Source: Marsupella aquatica
Lineage: Eukaryota; Plantae; Marchantiophyta
NCBI GenBank assembly: GCA_973895155.1
Contig: OZ316894.1
Location: 10,092,379-10,156,378 of the forward strand
Reading direction: 5' to 3'
DNA length: 64,000 bases
Below the pieces are notes generated by a model. The model did not search any database. It saw only the letters and a list, made by a program, of their open reading frames with translations, and was not told the DNA's origin. A program made the translations under genes and the position numbers. Within the stretch, counting starts at the first letter, position 1. Each line of letters starts with the position of its first letter. This document shows, piece after piece, positions 1 through 13,460 of the stretch.

Positions 1-1171
1 TGACCATTGTATTCCCAAAGCCAGGGGGAGAAGTTTATCAGAGCAATGGGAGAGTGAAGTTACTATATATGGGGCTTGCTTGGTTTCTCTGTTGCCCAAC
101 ACACTAGTTGACTTGCCATGTGTCTATATTAGTCTCGTCTTAGCTCTCACCTTAGCATTTGCCTAACTCTTGCTCTAACTTTGACTCTTTGCCATTTGGT
201 GTTTTCCATCCCTATTTCTTTGTCTACTTACACATTGTTTCAATGCACTGATTTCTACAACGACACCATTTTTTCAATGACACGCTTTTTGCAACAATAA
301 CACAGGGTGAGCACCGGATGAAAAAGAGAAACGAGAGGGACAGAATGTGACAGGCGGAGACAGGAGGCCACAAGGGAAGGAGGAAAAGGTTCCCTTCCAA
401 GCGCCATGCAACCGCACCTGCCCCCGTTGCTATAGCCTGTTTTGTTCTCACTCCCATCACTTTGGCAGCAACAATATGGTTGCAATGTCACATGGCCGTC
501 ACAAAACATACTCCAAACAATCAATCATGCAGCACACGGACATATATTGACAGCATGGTGGTAACGACACCTTGACCACAATGACCGCATGGTGGCAATG
601 ATCACTTGGCCGCATCAGTTGCACGGCCGCAATGACACATGAGATGCCTCAACAACTTCCTTGCTGCATCTGGATTTCTTGGCTTCGCCTTGACATATTT
701 GTGCACCGCATTCTGTCTTTGATCACAATCATCTAATATCAGGGCTAATAATACATATTAGCGAGACAAAATAACGATTACTGTCAGGACTAGGCCTACT
801 AAAAGTAATTTACACTAGCTCTCAATGCAACCGACTACTGTAAACCTCAGGTTTGACAAATAACTAAGCATGTGGCAACCTGTAGTCCTTGTGGAAGAGT
901 GTAACACCATAGTGTAACCTAAGGTGTGGCCACGAGAAAAGTGCCTTAGGGTTAGGTTCCATGTGGTTGGGAGTGAGTAGTGTGCATGTGTGTCAGCATG
1001 TTTGAGCCAATAAGATCACAACTTTTCCAGGAAGTGAGAAGTATACAAATACTCTAGTAGGGAGTATGATTTTCCCTCACACTCCCTGTTAAACCCTAGG
1101 GGCACCACCAGCCCCTTATAGTGACAGTACAGAGCATTTTCATTGGCTCTAAAGTCAAAATTCATATATTT

Positions 1172-1656
1172 AAAATACTATGTACACCTTGGATTACAAT
1201 GTATTTGGGCCCGGGGGTGTTAGATGGAGTCATCCTACTCCCTGCCTGGCATACATGAAGTGTTGTCCTGAGATGGTAGGGATTGCTGAAGTAATGTGGT
1301 CAAGCTTGATGATATGCAAAGAATGACCAAAGAAAATACTATGTACACCTTGGATTACAATGTATTTGGGCCCGGGGTGTTAGATGGAGTCATCCTACTC
1401 CCTGCCTGGCATACATGAAGTGTTGTCCTGAGATGGTAGGGATTGCTGAAGTAATGTGGTCAAGCTTGATGATATGCAAAGAATGACCAAAGAAAATACT
1501 ATGTACACCTTGGATTACAATGTATTTGGGCCCGGGGTGTTAGATGGAGTCATCCTACTCCCTGCCTGGCATACATGAAGTGTTGTCCTGAGATGGTAGG
1601 GATTGCTGAAGTAATGTGGTCAAGCTTGATGATATGCAAAGAATGACCAAAGAAAA
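1172..1656. repeat. Tandem repeat, 3 near-identical copies of a ~160-bp unit
   Basis: The unit aaaatactatgtacaccttgg...gaatgaccaaag starts at 1172, 1333 and 1493. The only difference seen is G5 vs G4 in cccgggg(g). Confidence 0.95.
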
Positions 1657-2619
1657 GATATATCATGACTTGAAGAATAATTTATTAAAACACATGCAAA
1701 GAATGACCAGAGAGAAACCATAAATCATGACTTTGAGAAATGATTTATACTAAAACATCATATATAATTATAATTATAATATATACATAAATCCTATGGA
1801 ACCCAGCCCTTAAATCTCGATTTCTGCTTCCTTCTGGCAAAACCGGTAGCAGCTGCTGTATCGAAGCTGCATAATTAATCGATAGGAAGACTCTGAACTG
1901 CTGCCAGGAATTTCAAAGAAAGATGATCCCCTACACGTTGGTTTTCTCAGTGCCGGAGATGGAGTGGCATTCTGCGAATACGAAATTCCTGGGTATTGCA
2001 AATTCCATGTGCAGCATTACAGCTGCTTGAATGTCAAAGACGGCATACTTTCTTCGATTTTCTTCTCTTCCTCTAGTGTACGCTGCTGCCTCTCTCTCCT
2101 TTACCCTACTACCAAAATCAGCGTTGCCAAGTTCTCTCAAGTGTGGATGCTTGAAGGAGCCGAAAATTCTGTCCATTTCGCCTTCGTCCTTCTACACAAC
2201 GTCTACACTTTCCTTCAAATCTCTCTTCTCTATGCTCTGCCTGATTTATACCTCGTGTTTTGTCCCGGACGTGGACAGTGGTCCCTCTCTCAGTTCCCTG
2301 TTGAGCGTGTATGGTAGGTTGACTGAAGATGAGCTGCATCTTTTGAAATTCACCTCTACGGCATCTCTTTGATATTGGGTGCTCCCCTAAGCAGTCCGAC
2401 TGTCCCCGAAAAGCCTTCGAAGGCGCTGCCTCCGTCGAGTTCCTATTGCGCCGCAGTTGGTCGGTGTCTGGGATTTTGCCCACCTCCTGGAATTTAACTA
2501 AGGCCTCCAGACATTTAGCATTTGTGTTAGGTTGTCGTCGATTTGGGGCCAGCTCGATCCGTTTGGCGGAAGGAGAAGGAGGAGATCTTCGATTGTGAAT
2601 GCAAATTTTAGCGGCAGCT

Positions 2620-5600
2620 ATGGGGGAGGTGTCTCTGGAGGAAACGACGAGGTTGGGCAAAGATCTGTTGAGCTCCCGGGCGAACATAAACAACGCTCCT
2701 TTGCTGCTCTCCATTCTCGTCTCTAATGCCGCAACACCTTCGTCCGAAAGTCCGTCGCCTTCCTCTGCTGCTACGAAGTGCCGCCTGGAAGCTCTCCTCT
2801 CACTGCACTCATTCTTTATCCCTCTCCTGCGCACCGGCAATTTTTTCGCTGCAGCAAGGCGGAAAGCGAAGCACGATATTGAGGCGGTCGGTGCCGATGT
2901 GAAAGCAGATGGTACTGGGGATCCCAAGGCCGCCAAAGCTGAGGCTGTGTATAGGCTATGGGTGTGGAACAAATACCGAGAGTTCAAAAAGGCTTTGTTT
3001 CGAATAGCTGCTGTATCGACGAATCCACAGGTTCTTCAGGTGTGTTCTCCAGCTGGATTGTCCCTTGCTAGTTCATTTGCAGAACTGTCACTTTCAATGG
3101 GGGAGCCTTTGCTCCTGGGTCTAACTCATGGATAACCTTGGGGTTTAGGGTTTAGGGTTTTAGGGAAAATGGACAATTGGATTATCTCATTGAGTGGCTT
3201 ATGTCTGTTTATGAAACAAGTTTTGTCGTCCAAATGTCTGCAATGGGTGTGTGATCAATCTGCGCCAGTTTGAAGGTCTTCTTATGCGAATGAGAAACGA
3301 GGAAAATTGTGAAAGGGATTTGATTGTAGCGGGACTTTGACCGCATTGTGTTCACATTTGTCACCATGTGAATGTCTGCCAGACCGCCGCTATCAACACT
3401 TTGATGGACCTCGTGCGAGCTGGACGGGTTGGGGAATTCAATAACTCACTGTATCTCAAGATATGTACCCGAATGGTATGCCAGAGCTCATTCTTCTTTT
3501 TTTACAATTATACGTTAGTAGACGACACAATGAGCCATGTGTTTTTCAGTGAGAACGAAGGAAAAAACCATTTGGATATCCTAAGAACTTCAATGTGGAT
3601 TTTTTGTCGTTTAGGTGAGCTCTAAGGGAGAACACAACGAAATTCTTCAAGTTCTTAGCGCGAAGTACTTCAAGTACAACGATGTAAGGTAAGGTGTTCA
3701 TCATCTTGGATGTTTGCTGACTTACTTTCATGTGCTCAATGTATGTATTCAACAAGACATCTGAGCTCAAGTACTTTATCTGTCCTATCGTTGACCTCTA
3801 CTTGGGTACGTGCTCTGCCTGCAGGTATTATACTTATGGAAATATAGAGAAACTTGTAATGAAACGTCTTGGGACAAAACAAAAAGGTAGCTTGCTCTGA
3901 CGAATCGAAATTGAAAATTAATATGTTCGTACTTCTAAGAGACGATAAGCAAGCTCGGATAAATGGAAATTGTGGTTTTGAAATCTTTATTGCTTCACCC
4001 ACCGCTCTGCATCATGGCGGATTTCAAGACTCACTTGTGCCATTCCGATATGTGCAGAAAATGAGCTTGATTCTAGTGATGATGATAACAACCAAGAGCC
4101 TCTCGGTGGAAGGTAACTTGTCCTCGACTTTCAGATCGCTGTCCTTGCTGTACTCTGCATTACCTACTGTAGCTGTTTTGTAACAAGGTAAGTGTTGAAA
4201 AGCGTGGAGATGTTCGACGATCTGCAAATTAGGAGAGACTATCCGCTGTACATTATCTGACAAAGTAAATGTGTTGCAGTTTGCATAGTTTTGTGCGAAA
4301 CATATATGACGTTTTGTCTCATCTACCACTACCTTTTACGGACGATCAAAAAGATAGAAAGGATGCAGAGGAACTCTGGAGCAACTCGGGAGGTAAGCTC
4401 TCCCTGCTGCTTTCCCTCATCACCGTTTGCGTTCTCGTGGACGTTCAGTGATATCCAGGTTACGCTTTCAATTTTTAGGAGGCCTTCAACCTGTTTATAG
4501 GGAGCCTCTGCTAGTGCTCGACTCTACTTTTAACCACTAAATTGGAGAGTATAGTTCAATAACTAATAATTTTTGACATGAACAGGTGGAGAGGACTCTG
4601 GGAAGGCTACAGGCGGCACCAAGCAAAGGAAAACGGTAGTAAATGGATCAATTAGCTCTGGCAACAGAATCCCAACACCATGTTCGGCCATATGAAGGCT
4701 CTCACCTTGGACTAGAGATGATGTCACAAGCCCACTTAGATCTGTCAGGATCACAACCAAGATCTGTCTTGAGCTTGTTGGAACTACTGGAAAGCGTCTG
4801 TACGGGTCGTTAAATTTTCATCCCACTGTGCCCTTGTGGTTTTGAGATGCAGTATACTTACCTCCGCTTTTGTGGTAAATGCCTATTCGTGTTTGAGGCA
4901 GGTCTTTGAAAGTTTGTGTCTAGTGCTTCTTGTGTCGACCTTTCGAAGTAACCAGAAGTGTATCCACCCAAACTCTCCGCTTCCCCAAAAACACATGTAC
5001 ACGCACGTCGCCCACGAGTAAAGTCACCCCAGTGTGTAATTTCGGGAGTTGATAAAGTTAAATATGATGCTGATTTTTTATTTGAAGTCATTAATGTTGG
5101 ATTATTATTTATTCTGCAGAACCTTACCCAAAAGGATAACAAGAAACAGAAGCACATCCTGAGTAGAGCTTGGCTATCCTTTCTCCAACTTTCACTTCCT
5201 CTCGATGTGTACAAGAAGGTGAGCATTTTGTCTTCTTATGTTTACAGGTTTGGAGGCATTCTAACCATTGTCAGAGTATGATGATAAGCAAGGCACTTGT
5301 TCTCATTGCGCTTTCTCTGAATAGGTTCTGGCAAGGTTACATCGAAACGTTATCCCATACATGACAAATCCTCTTCTACTGAGGTGAGAATCTCAATTCA
5401 CTGTCTGATAAGCTTTTGAATTCTGTATCGCTTAAGTCGGTTTTGTCATTCTGAAGCAACCTGCGGTAAATGTTGAGGAATTGCGAGAACGATTCAAACT
5501 TAGTCGTTGTATTGTAGTATTTTATTTTTTCCTCCTATGAAGGGTTCAATCCTTGTCATGTTTTAGTTGATAACCATGAAAGGTCGTCACATCTAAGTTG

Positions 5601-7874
5601 ATCTAAAACTGTCCATTTCGTCGGGTCCTTTCAAATAGTCAATAGTCAGATAGCCGCAGATTGGTGGTCCATTGATTCTCACGCTCTACTTTCTTGTCGC
5701 CCAGTGACTTTCTCACAGAGTCTTACAACACGGGGGGCTTAATTAGTGTCATGGCTCTCGGTAGCCTGTTCATTCTAATCACGAAGTATGGATTGGAGTA
5801 TCCTGATTTCTACAACAAACTCTACGCACTGTTGGAGCCTTCCATTTTTGTTGCAAGATACCGCTCACGATTCTTTGAGGTACAGAGTGGCTTGTCAACA
5901 GATGAACGAAGTATCTGAATGGGGATGGGAGTTCATGTCTTATAATATGTCGTTCCTTTTAGAAGTCAAGTAAAATGTTCGTGAGAACCCGCTACTGTAG
6001 AGTGAATGAATGAGCGGGTTTTCACTCTACAGTAGCGGGTATCCAATGAGTCGGTTTTGTCAACTCATTGGATGTGTGTAGGTCATGTTAAAATTACTTC
6101 TCGGCTCGGGTTGTGGAATGGGTATTGAGGATATGTCAACACTGATGTTAGTTTATTAGCGTTTTTCTCGCTTCGTACCATGCTCACCCATGTGTACTTT
6201 TGTCCAGCTGCTAGACACTTGCTTGAAATCTTCACATCTGCCTGGATATCTGGGTGCGGCCTTTGCTAAGCGGTTGGGGCGTCTCGTGCTCTCGGCACCT
6301 CCGTCAGGGGCCATAGTTGTGATTGCCTTGATTCATAATCTTCTGCGAAGACATCCTTCTATAAATGTTCTTGTGCATCGGGTACGTCCTGACTCATGTC
6401 CGAAATTTAAACTGTAAGAGCAAATCTATGGGAAGTCCTTGGCTGCTTTAGTCACGCCTCTCAGTGGGGCTGCTTGACTTCCATGTGTTACTAAGAATGT
6501 TTCCTTTGCTTTTCTTGATGTCATAATAGCCGGACGGTAAACCTGCATCAGCAAATCCGACAGTAGACTCTGGAAATGGTACAGGAGAGGCTGTCTCAAA
6601 TATTGAAGTGGAGCTGGAAACGCAAGACACCACTACAAAAGGAAGACCTGGGGCCGATCCCTTCCTAGCAACCGAAGCTGATGTGGCCACATGCAATGCC
6701 TTAAGTAACGCTCTAGATTTGTCAAAAGTGGAGGTCTAGGGAAGCGCTGATTAGACATTGGTTTGAATATTTTGCCTCATGACAATCTGCTTCCACTTCA
6801 CGCATGGTTTCTATCTTTAGGATGGATAGGTTAGCAAACCTGTAAGCCTTTCTGTTTTTGTGATTTGTTAGGATTGCAAGGAAGAGTTCTTCAGGACTAG
6901 CTTTTCGAAGAAGGAATTCAAAATTTTGAAGATAGTCATTGATTCACACTTATTGTAATGCACAGAGAGCTCGCTGTGGGAAATTGAGTCATTGCGGCGC
7001 CATTATTGTCCGGCTGTTTCGAGGTATGGTAGCTATGGGTGCGCTTTATATGAATTTTGTTTGAAATTTGGCAATGCGAAATGGACTGAGGCTCTGCACT
7101 TTTGCTGATGGAGAGAGAACGACTAACGCTTGGTGCAGGTTTGTAGAGTCTCTTGAAAATGATTTAACAGTGCGTGCCAAAACAACTGAGGTTGCCATTC
7201 AAGACTTCAGCGCCACATCATATGCTACCATCTTTGAGGAAGAGGTACTAGTCTGGTTCTCTTGGTCATTTCTGTTACGAGATCATTTCTGTTACGAGAT
7301 CATTTCTGATTCCCAACTCAATTCTTACAAGACTAGGATTCCACAGAGATGGTGATGAGGCATGCATGGTTAGATCTGCAGAATGCCTATCAATCGATTG
7401 TTGCCCAAATGTAGGCAGGTGAAGAATTGAGCTGGACTAATTGGTTCTTTAAATTTTTCTTGAAGCTGGAACTAGAAAATTGGGCCAGTGTGGATCTAAC
7501 TTGAAAACTTGTCCCAGGTTGGGAGGAGGATGAAATCAGTGCCGATGGCATTTTATCCAACAGTTCCCAATACTCTTTTTCCAGAGACCAACTTGGACGG
7601 TTGCTTTGGTGGCTGGAGATTCGACGAATCGGCCGAGCTGCGTTTGGAACCTCTAAAGGACATAAAAGTCGATGAAACCCTTGTTCTGGGTGCAGATTTG
7701 GAGGACGAGATTAGTGAGGGCGTAGAGGAGGACTTACAAGGTGAAGATTCGATGGAGGATGATCAGTCCGAAGAGTTGAGCAGCGATGGTAGCGGTGGCA
7801 GTCGAAGTAGAAGTGAGCAATCAGATGGTGACGACTGGCCTCAGCCACTCTTGAAAAGACTAAGGGGTCCTTAA
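2620..7874 (+). CDS. NOC4: Nucleolar complex-associated protein 4 (CBF/Mak21 domain, 40S ribosome biogenesis), 15 exons, ~689 aa
   Basis: GT-AG exons: 2620-3039, 3383-3475, 3615-3688, 3825-3886, 4058-4112, 4280-4392, 4586-4635, 5120-5218, 5325-5383, 5705-5879, 6208-6381, 6530-6704, 6966-7023, 7139-7244, 7518-7874. They total 2070 nt and stay in frame. NOC4 motifs: AWLSFLQLSLPLDVYKK, DFLTESYNTGGLISVMAL, LEYPDFYNKLYALL, SSHLPGYLGAAFAKRL, SSLWEIESLRRHYCPAVSRF. An alternative in-frame ATG lies at 2599. Confidence 0.93.
3141..3165. promoter_or_regulatory. Interstitial telomere repeats / telo-box cluster in NOC4 intron 1
   Basis: gggtttagggtttagggttttaggg. Telo-boxes (AAACCCTA) are known to be enriched near the 5' ends of plant ribosome-biogenesis and translation genes. 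Confidence 0.6.
5987..6073. repeat. Two adjacent perfect inverted repeats (20-bp and 11-bp stems) in NOC4 intron 10
   Basis: acccgctactgtagagtgaa (5987-6006) pairs with ttcactctacagtagcgggt (6021-6040). atccaatgagt (6041-6051) pairs with actcattggat (6063-6073). Confidence 0.9.
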
Positions 7875-8170
7875 CTCCCTCCAATGAAGAGCATTTTCTT
7901 GAATTGAATAAGAAATTGAAACTAGCAACCTCTATTTAAATTGGGACATTAGTCCCCCGCTCTGGAACTTATTAATGTACCCCTGGATCCGGCAAAATAT
8001 TCGCGGTTCTTAACAAATTAATCACATTGGCCCATGGCACGTATTACATAGCATCGCTTACAGAAGGATCCAGAATCGTTCTGTAAACAATATACTAGCT
8101 GTAAACTGTGGTCACTTGGTTTGGATTTCATCCTTCACCATTTGCAAAGCTCATAGCTCAGGTGCCAATG

Positions 8171-8405
8171 CCCGGTTTGGACTTGTCGGACAAATAGCAG
8201 TATTTATGAAGACAAAAGACATGTTGTCCCGGTTGATCCCGGCCCCTTCCCCCCCCCCGCCCTGGCCACCCAACTCTGCCCTGAGAATTTGACATCGGGC
8301 TGGGGAATATAAGGGAATATTGGATAAATAGACGTTTTTTGGATGGACAAGTTATCATTTGTCGTGTCGGACAAGGACACACCTTGTCCGACAGTGAAAA
8401 CCGGG
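8171..8405. mobile_element. Non-autonomous hAT-type MITE just 3' of NOC4
   Basis: Imperfect TIRs cccggtttggacttgtcggacaa / ttgtccgacagtgaaaaccggg. Perfect 8-bp TSD tgccaatg at 8163-8170 and 8406-8413. Confidence 0.85.
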
Positions 8406-9134
8406 TGCCAATGGTTAATTGCTGGCTGACAAGGACCGAAAGAGTCTTGGAGAGTCTGATGTGCCAGTACAGAACCTCATTTAAACACAAGAGAATAGGC
8501 TTGCTCCATACTTTTGAGTTACCCCCTTGCCGGGGGATTCTGGATGAAATCCAAACCAAGGGACCACAGTTTACATGTACTGTTGTACAGATAGTCTATC
8601 TATACTCAAAGTATCATTCACATATTTTACACAAAGATTTACATAGAGGACTGAGATACCTGTTAACAACTTGTTCACAAAAATTGATTGAGGCTTTTTT
8701 GATTTGAGATGCATAGTAGTCACAATGCTTTTGTAACCTGTGTTCGAGCTTGGTTAGATGCTTTCTTGATCAAAAGCTGAACGCTTGAATGTATTTGAGG
8801 GGTTGGCTACCTTAACACGAGCTGAGACTTAGGTGCAACACATTGTTGGACGCCGTTTCTAAACCCTTCTCTTTACTTTCTTTTTGGCCAGTGAGCAAGA
8901 GGTGGGGGTGCCTCTGGAGCGGAAAGAAAGAAAATCTATTCAAATCTAGGTTTTAAACACACTTTGCCCAAACCTAGTGTAGGTCCTCAGAAAAAATGTG
9001 CTATTGCTCCAAGCCACAGCTTAGACAAATTGACAACAAATATACAAAGAAGTCCCATGCATAGGAACTAAGGTGACTCTTTGGTGCATTTCTTATTAAC
9101 AAGGGAATTGACGTAAGATTTGACCAATATCTCT

Positions 9135-9680
9135 AAGGGGATTATTTGGAATTTGGGGTTTGAGTAAGTCTTTCCGAGTTGTGATGATTGAGTGTGACGT
9201 AGTTGAATTTGAACAAATTTTTAGATGGTACCAAAACCTTATAACTCATATCGTCAATGCAAATAGAGAGTGCCCTTGGTTTTACCGTGGCTTTTGGGAT
9301 TTTGGGGTTTGAGTATGTCTTTTTAAGTTGCTGCGACAGTTGAGTGTGATGCAGCTAAATTTCGAACAATTTTGAGATGGTACCATGAAGTTATAGCTTA
9401 CTGTCTGTCAAGTCAAACAGAATGCCGCTTATAGGCTTTTCACCCAAAAGGACCAATCTATCAAAAAGGGCTCTTGGGAGTTTGAGTTAGTCGTTTTGGT
9501 TGGTTGTGGCTTTGGGGAGTTTGAGGTATGAGTGTGTTTTCAACCTGTTGTGACGAATAAATGTGATGTAGTTAGAGTATGAACAAATTTGAGATGGTAC
9601 CATAAATTAATAATTTAGTGTCAAGTCAAACTGAGAATGCCCCTTGTAGGTTTCACCCCAAAGGACCAATCTACTCAAAG
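9135..9680. repeat. Degenerate tandem repeat, ~3 copies of a 150-230 bp unit (probably TE-internal)
   Basis: Recurrent ggggtttgagta...gtgtga..gaacaa.ttt.agatggtacca at ~9155, ~9303 and ~9520. The block gtcaagtcaaac..agaatgcc...cacccaaaggaccaatcta occurs at ~9406 and ~9619. Confidence 0.7.
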
Positions 9681-10789
9681 GGCCAAACAAAGTACAATGG
9701 AGTACAAGCAAAGGCCTCATGGCTTGCCCGTTGGAGGACTTGCAAACTTACTTACTACACTAGATGTGGACCTCAGCTCATGCATAGAGGACAAACGCAA
9801 AAGAAGAAAACCAATGCAAACTTTGAAAACCAATGATTTTTTTAATAAATAAGAAATAAAGATATACCACTTCAATTGTGTGGAGAGCTAACGGTTGGCA
9901 TCTAGTGTCTGAACTAAGTAACTCTGCAAGTGAGACATAGATGTCCTCTAACTGGGCAAATCTAATCGGTGTCCTCTAACTGGGTAAATCCCTGAATGCC
10001 CCCTGTAGGTTGTCGAGTGCATTCTGTCTGCCCAATGCATTTTATTCTCAGCCCAATTCTATTCTGGCCATTCTTTCCAGAAGGGTTTTATTGTATCTTT
10101 ACAAACTAATATTTAGGCCAGGATTTGAATTTTTGTTGGGAAATCTATATTGAAATGTTTATCAGATCTGGAACTGAACATCAAATGATTCAAGACATCG
10201 ATCGAATGCTCTGGAATTCTGGAGCTCTTGTGTAGCGTAAGTTCTGAGCCTAAGCTCATGCAATATGGGTCCTCATATGAGAACTCTATCAACAGAATCC
10301 AAACGGAGACGGAGTACAATCAATCAACCAAAACTAGTGCTTGCCCTTGCCCTTGCCCTTGCCCTCTTGCTTTAGGTAACGTACATCCTCCTTCAATCAA
10401 TCAGAGGTGATCTCTTTGTGTTTGGTATTGGCTTTGTGAACATAACCTGTACTCTCTCTGTGTTTGGTATTTGCTTTGTGCACATAACATGTACCTGACA
10501 CTCAGTTTTATGTCGAAGGGTCAGACTGTAATAAGCCCTTCACCCACACGATTTTTCAGAGAAAGCTGGTTCGTCGTGTCAGGCAAAGACAAAACAGAGT
10601 GAGCTTGAACTCGTCTGTCAACAAATCTAGGGAGGAGACAATCAATACGCATCCGTTGATCTCTCAGCTGAAATGATAAGAGCTGGTGGAGGCAAAAGCA
10701 GCTGTAAATGATGATAGTCGTCAATTGACGTGTGAATTCGTCTATTAATCATTAATCAATGTGTTTTGGTGTGACAAACTATTGTCCTG

Positions 10790-13460
10790 CCCAACAGCTC
10801 CACTCGAACAAATAGACACCCACAACATGGAGATCCGGGAGTTGAAGAATACCACAGAAGAATTAAAGGTCGGGTGATTTGTGGGCGCTATCCAATTTCA
10901 TTCCGCTCTTGCTCCTGCTAAGCGTGTCTCCTCTACGCTGAAGGCAGTTTCTTCTCGATTCGTAGTGTTGTTTGTGGTAATCTTATTATTGCCATCGTGA
11001 ACCGAGCTTTCTTTTCAGGGTAACTTGGCATTGAGGAATAGGAGAATTACTCCATAAGGTCGTATGTACGAAGCCTTCAAGCCCATTTACTTTCAAAAGT
11101 ACTTTCCTAGCTATAAGAATACGAAGACATCATTTATACATGTACAAGATTCGAAATACTTGCAACCTACCGTTCAGAGATGACTCAAGCTGCGGAGTTG
11201 CACTCACACACGACGTGAGAATCTCGTCAACTCACTGACGCGCACCGAGGAGACACAAACTTGGGAAGCAGCAGATTTTTGAACAAGACAGAGTCCTGAC
11301 TAGGTTCCACCATTGAGTTGTCCGCTTTTCTTTTTGGGTTCCAGTGGAGGGCGAGTCAGTGGGTTGAAAGGTAAAGAGGGTAGAGCGTTTCTCCAATTCA
11401 AGTTTCAAATTCTCTCCTGTAATAGTCTGTCGTCGCATCTTTCAAGTGAATTCGTCACTACAATTGTTACAAGCGTCAGGTCTAGTGCTCGTATAAGGCT
11501 ATGTTCATACGTCATAGATCACGCATCGCCTTCTACGCATTGGCATTTCCTCGTTGAAAGTTGGGCCTAGTCGTCTTGGGTCCTAGTGGCAGTTTTTCAG
11601 CTAACACCCAAAGATAGAAGAGGAAAAGAGGTTGTGTAAGGTTTCTTACCTGCGATGAAAGCTTTTGGTTCTGATTACCAGGGGCATCATTGTCTCGTGA
11701 ACCTGGCTGTTTGCATCGAAGCTCTACACTCGGAGATTCTAACAGCCTGCAAAGTGGCCTTGTCTGAAAAGCGACCTTGTCTGAAGTAACCGTGTCTGAA
11801 AAGCCGCGTTCCCTAAACAGCCTCGGTACTGACATAGCGACCCCGAACAATTCCCAAAGTTTGGAATACGGAAGGAAGCATAGTCCCTCCTACCACGCCG
11901 CCTATACCGACCAATATTTACGCCAGGTACAGAGAGCCATTTTCGTAATTTTCATTGCATTAGGTCCATGAACAACCCCGTAAGTTGGCAATGTTTTAGA
12001 CCTGTCTTTACCGGAAGAAAACAGGGAAACAACAGAATTGGAGCTTTTGGTGGATCAAAAGTGTCTCTCAACTGTTTCGCATCTGATTTTACAACCACCT
12101 CTCTCTGGTTCAAATGTTGTATGGCCCTCGGGGCTTATCTGCAGATGATGATAGGTACTTTATAGAAAATGTACCTGTAGACGACGATAGGTACTTTATA
12201 GAAATGTGAAGCAGAGAGTTCCCCTCTCACTGGCTGGAGGTTTCCCTCTTTAAAGAAAAAGAAGACAGGGAAGAGACTGTTGGGGGCTCTACAGTTACAA
12301 TTCCTATATCAAGTCCGTATTCCTATATCAAGTCGTCCGTCCTTGCCAAGAAATGAAGAAGAGGCTCATGCGGCTCTGGGCCTGGGGGGGGGGGGGGCCC
12401 TGAGAAGATAATTCCCTTGCCAGTGACTTGGTTCCATTGCCAATTCCACTGCCCATTTGCTAAGGGATGAAGAATGTTGTGGGAACACTTCACAATAAAG
12501 AAGTCCTGAAACCACTAACGAAATTCTATAATTGAGGTTGTGTGCATGGCTCCCACTGACCTCCAAGTGGAACTATTTGGTAACGGCAGCAAAGCATAAT
12601 GCACTATTGCAGACCCTCCAGCCAGCATCCTGTGCTGAACTATTTCCTTCGTCATGACAGTCGTGCGAACTTCCAGTCCCACTATATCTGGGATTCATCT
12701 TAGTTAATAGTAACCATTCGAGTGTGACTGTCTAAATCCGTTGTCTGGAAGGCTCAGCAAAGCCAGCCTGGGAAATAATTTTGACCTGTGAAGCTCTTCG
12801 TGTCTTCAACTCTAAGGCAGGGACAGCCTGGGAGATCATTGACTCTAGGCAGACTAAGAAAAAATCGCGTAATCGGGAATCAAAACGTTGAACATGGCTT
12901 GCTGAAAGTCCACCTTGCTTGCGCACTCAATTGAGGGAAAACTTTGCGTGAGAAACACATGAACTTTCTTGCATGATAAGTGGGAACACAATCTAGAGAG
13001 GATATGCTGGAAGGTTGCCAACAATGCTCGCCCCTATGGAAAACCTTGCATGCTGCGCAGCATGGAGGCTGGAGAATTGACAGTGAACTACTACGTAACG
13101 CTTTCCGGGATTCAGTCAAAAAGATAACGATACAGTAATACTTTTTAGGCTTCAAAAAGGTGACAGACTATTGAAGCCGGCAAAAGGAGATTTGCATCCA
13201 CTCAAGGCAGTGGAAAAAGAATGGTTGGGGGAGACTGGAAAGGAACTTGTACTGTCGACAACATTGGGAATCGGTCCTCCATCTTTTAAACGAGAAGGAT
13301 AATCACAAGGCTGCTGCTATCTATACGATGGTGGCAACCGGCATTCATGTGCTTTTTGAGTGGAGAATAACTTCAGCTGAACTTGACAATCCCACACTCC
13401 ATAGCTATACAGTAGAAGACTGCTTTACCAGGAGAACAATATTCTCTGTATACACCCTCT
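10790..13460 (+). pseudogene. Decayed CHUP1-like (CHUP1/IPGA1 family) gene with intron remnants
   Basis: Colinear degenerate motifs with stops and frameshifts: coiled-coil exon PLEQIDTHNMEIRELKNTTEELK (cag|...|gt, 10798-10868); Pro-rich PPTTPPIPT (~11886); QRVP..FPSLKKK (~12212, cf. RRVPEVVEFYHSLMRR); GSIANSTAHLL (12430, cf. GEIENRSAHLL); CAWL...NYLV (12541, cf. VKWLDDELSYLV); LHDKWEHNL..ANNARPY (12969, cf. LLEKLEHGV..DSA.KRY); GWRIDSELL..DSVK (13067, cf. DWLLDSG...ASVKLA). Consensus recalled, not searched. Confidence 0.6.

Noticed and set aside
2118-2987. 289-aa minus-strand ORF
   Set aside because: Largely the antisense shadow of GC-rich NOC4 exon 1 and its 5' region; no true ATG start and no recognisable domain.
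4902-5021. Possible extra NOC4 exon
   Set aside because: The flanking exons 4586-4635 and 5120-5218 already join in phase 0 and no NOC4 motif is seen. It cannot be excluded without RNA data.
12960-13300. Patatin-like reading (LVLSTTLGIG, LWKTLHAA)
   Set aside because: Isolated weak matches; the CHUP1 C-terminal motifs explain the region better and in the right order.
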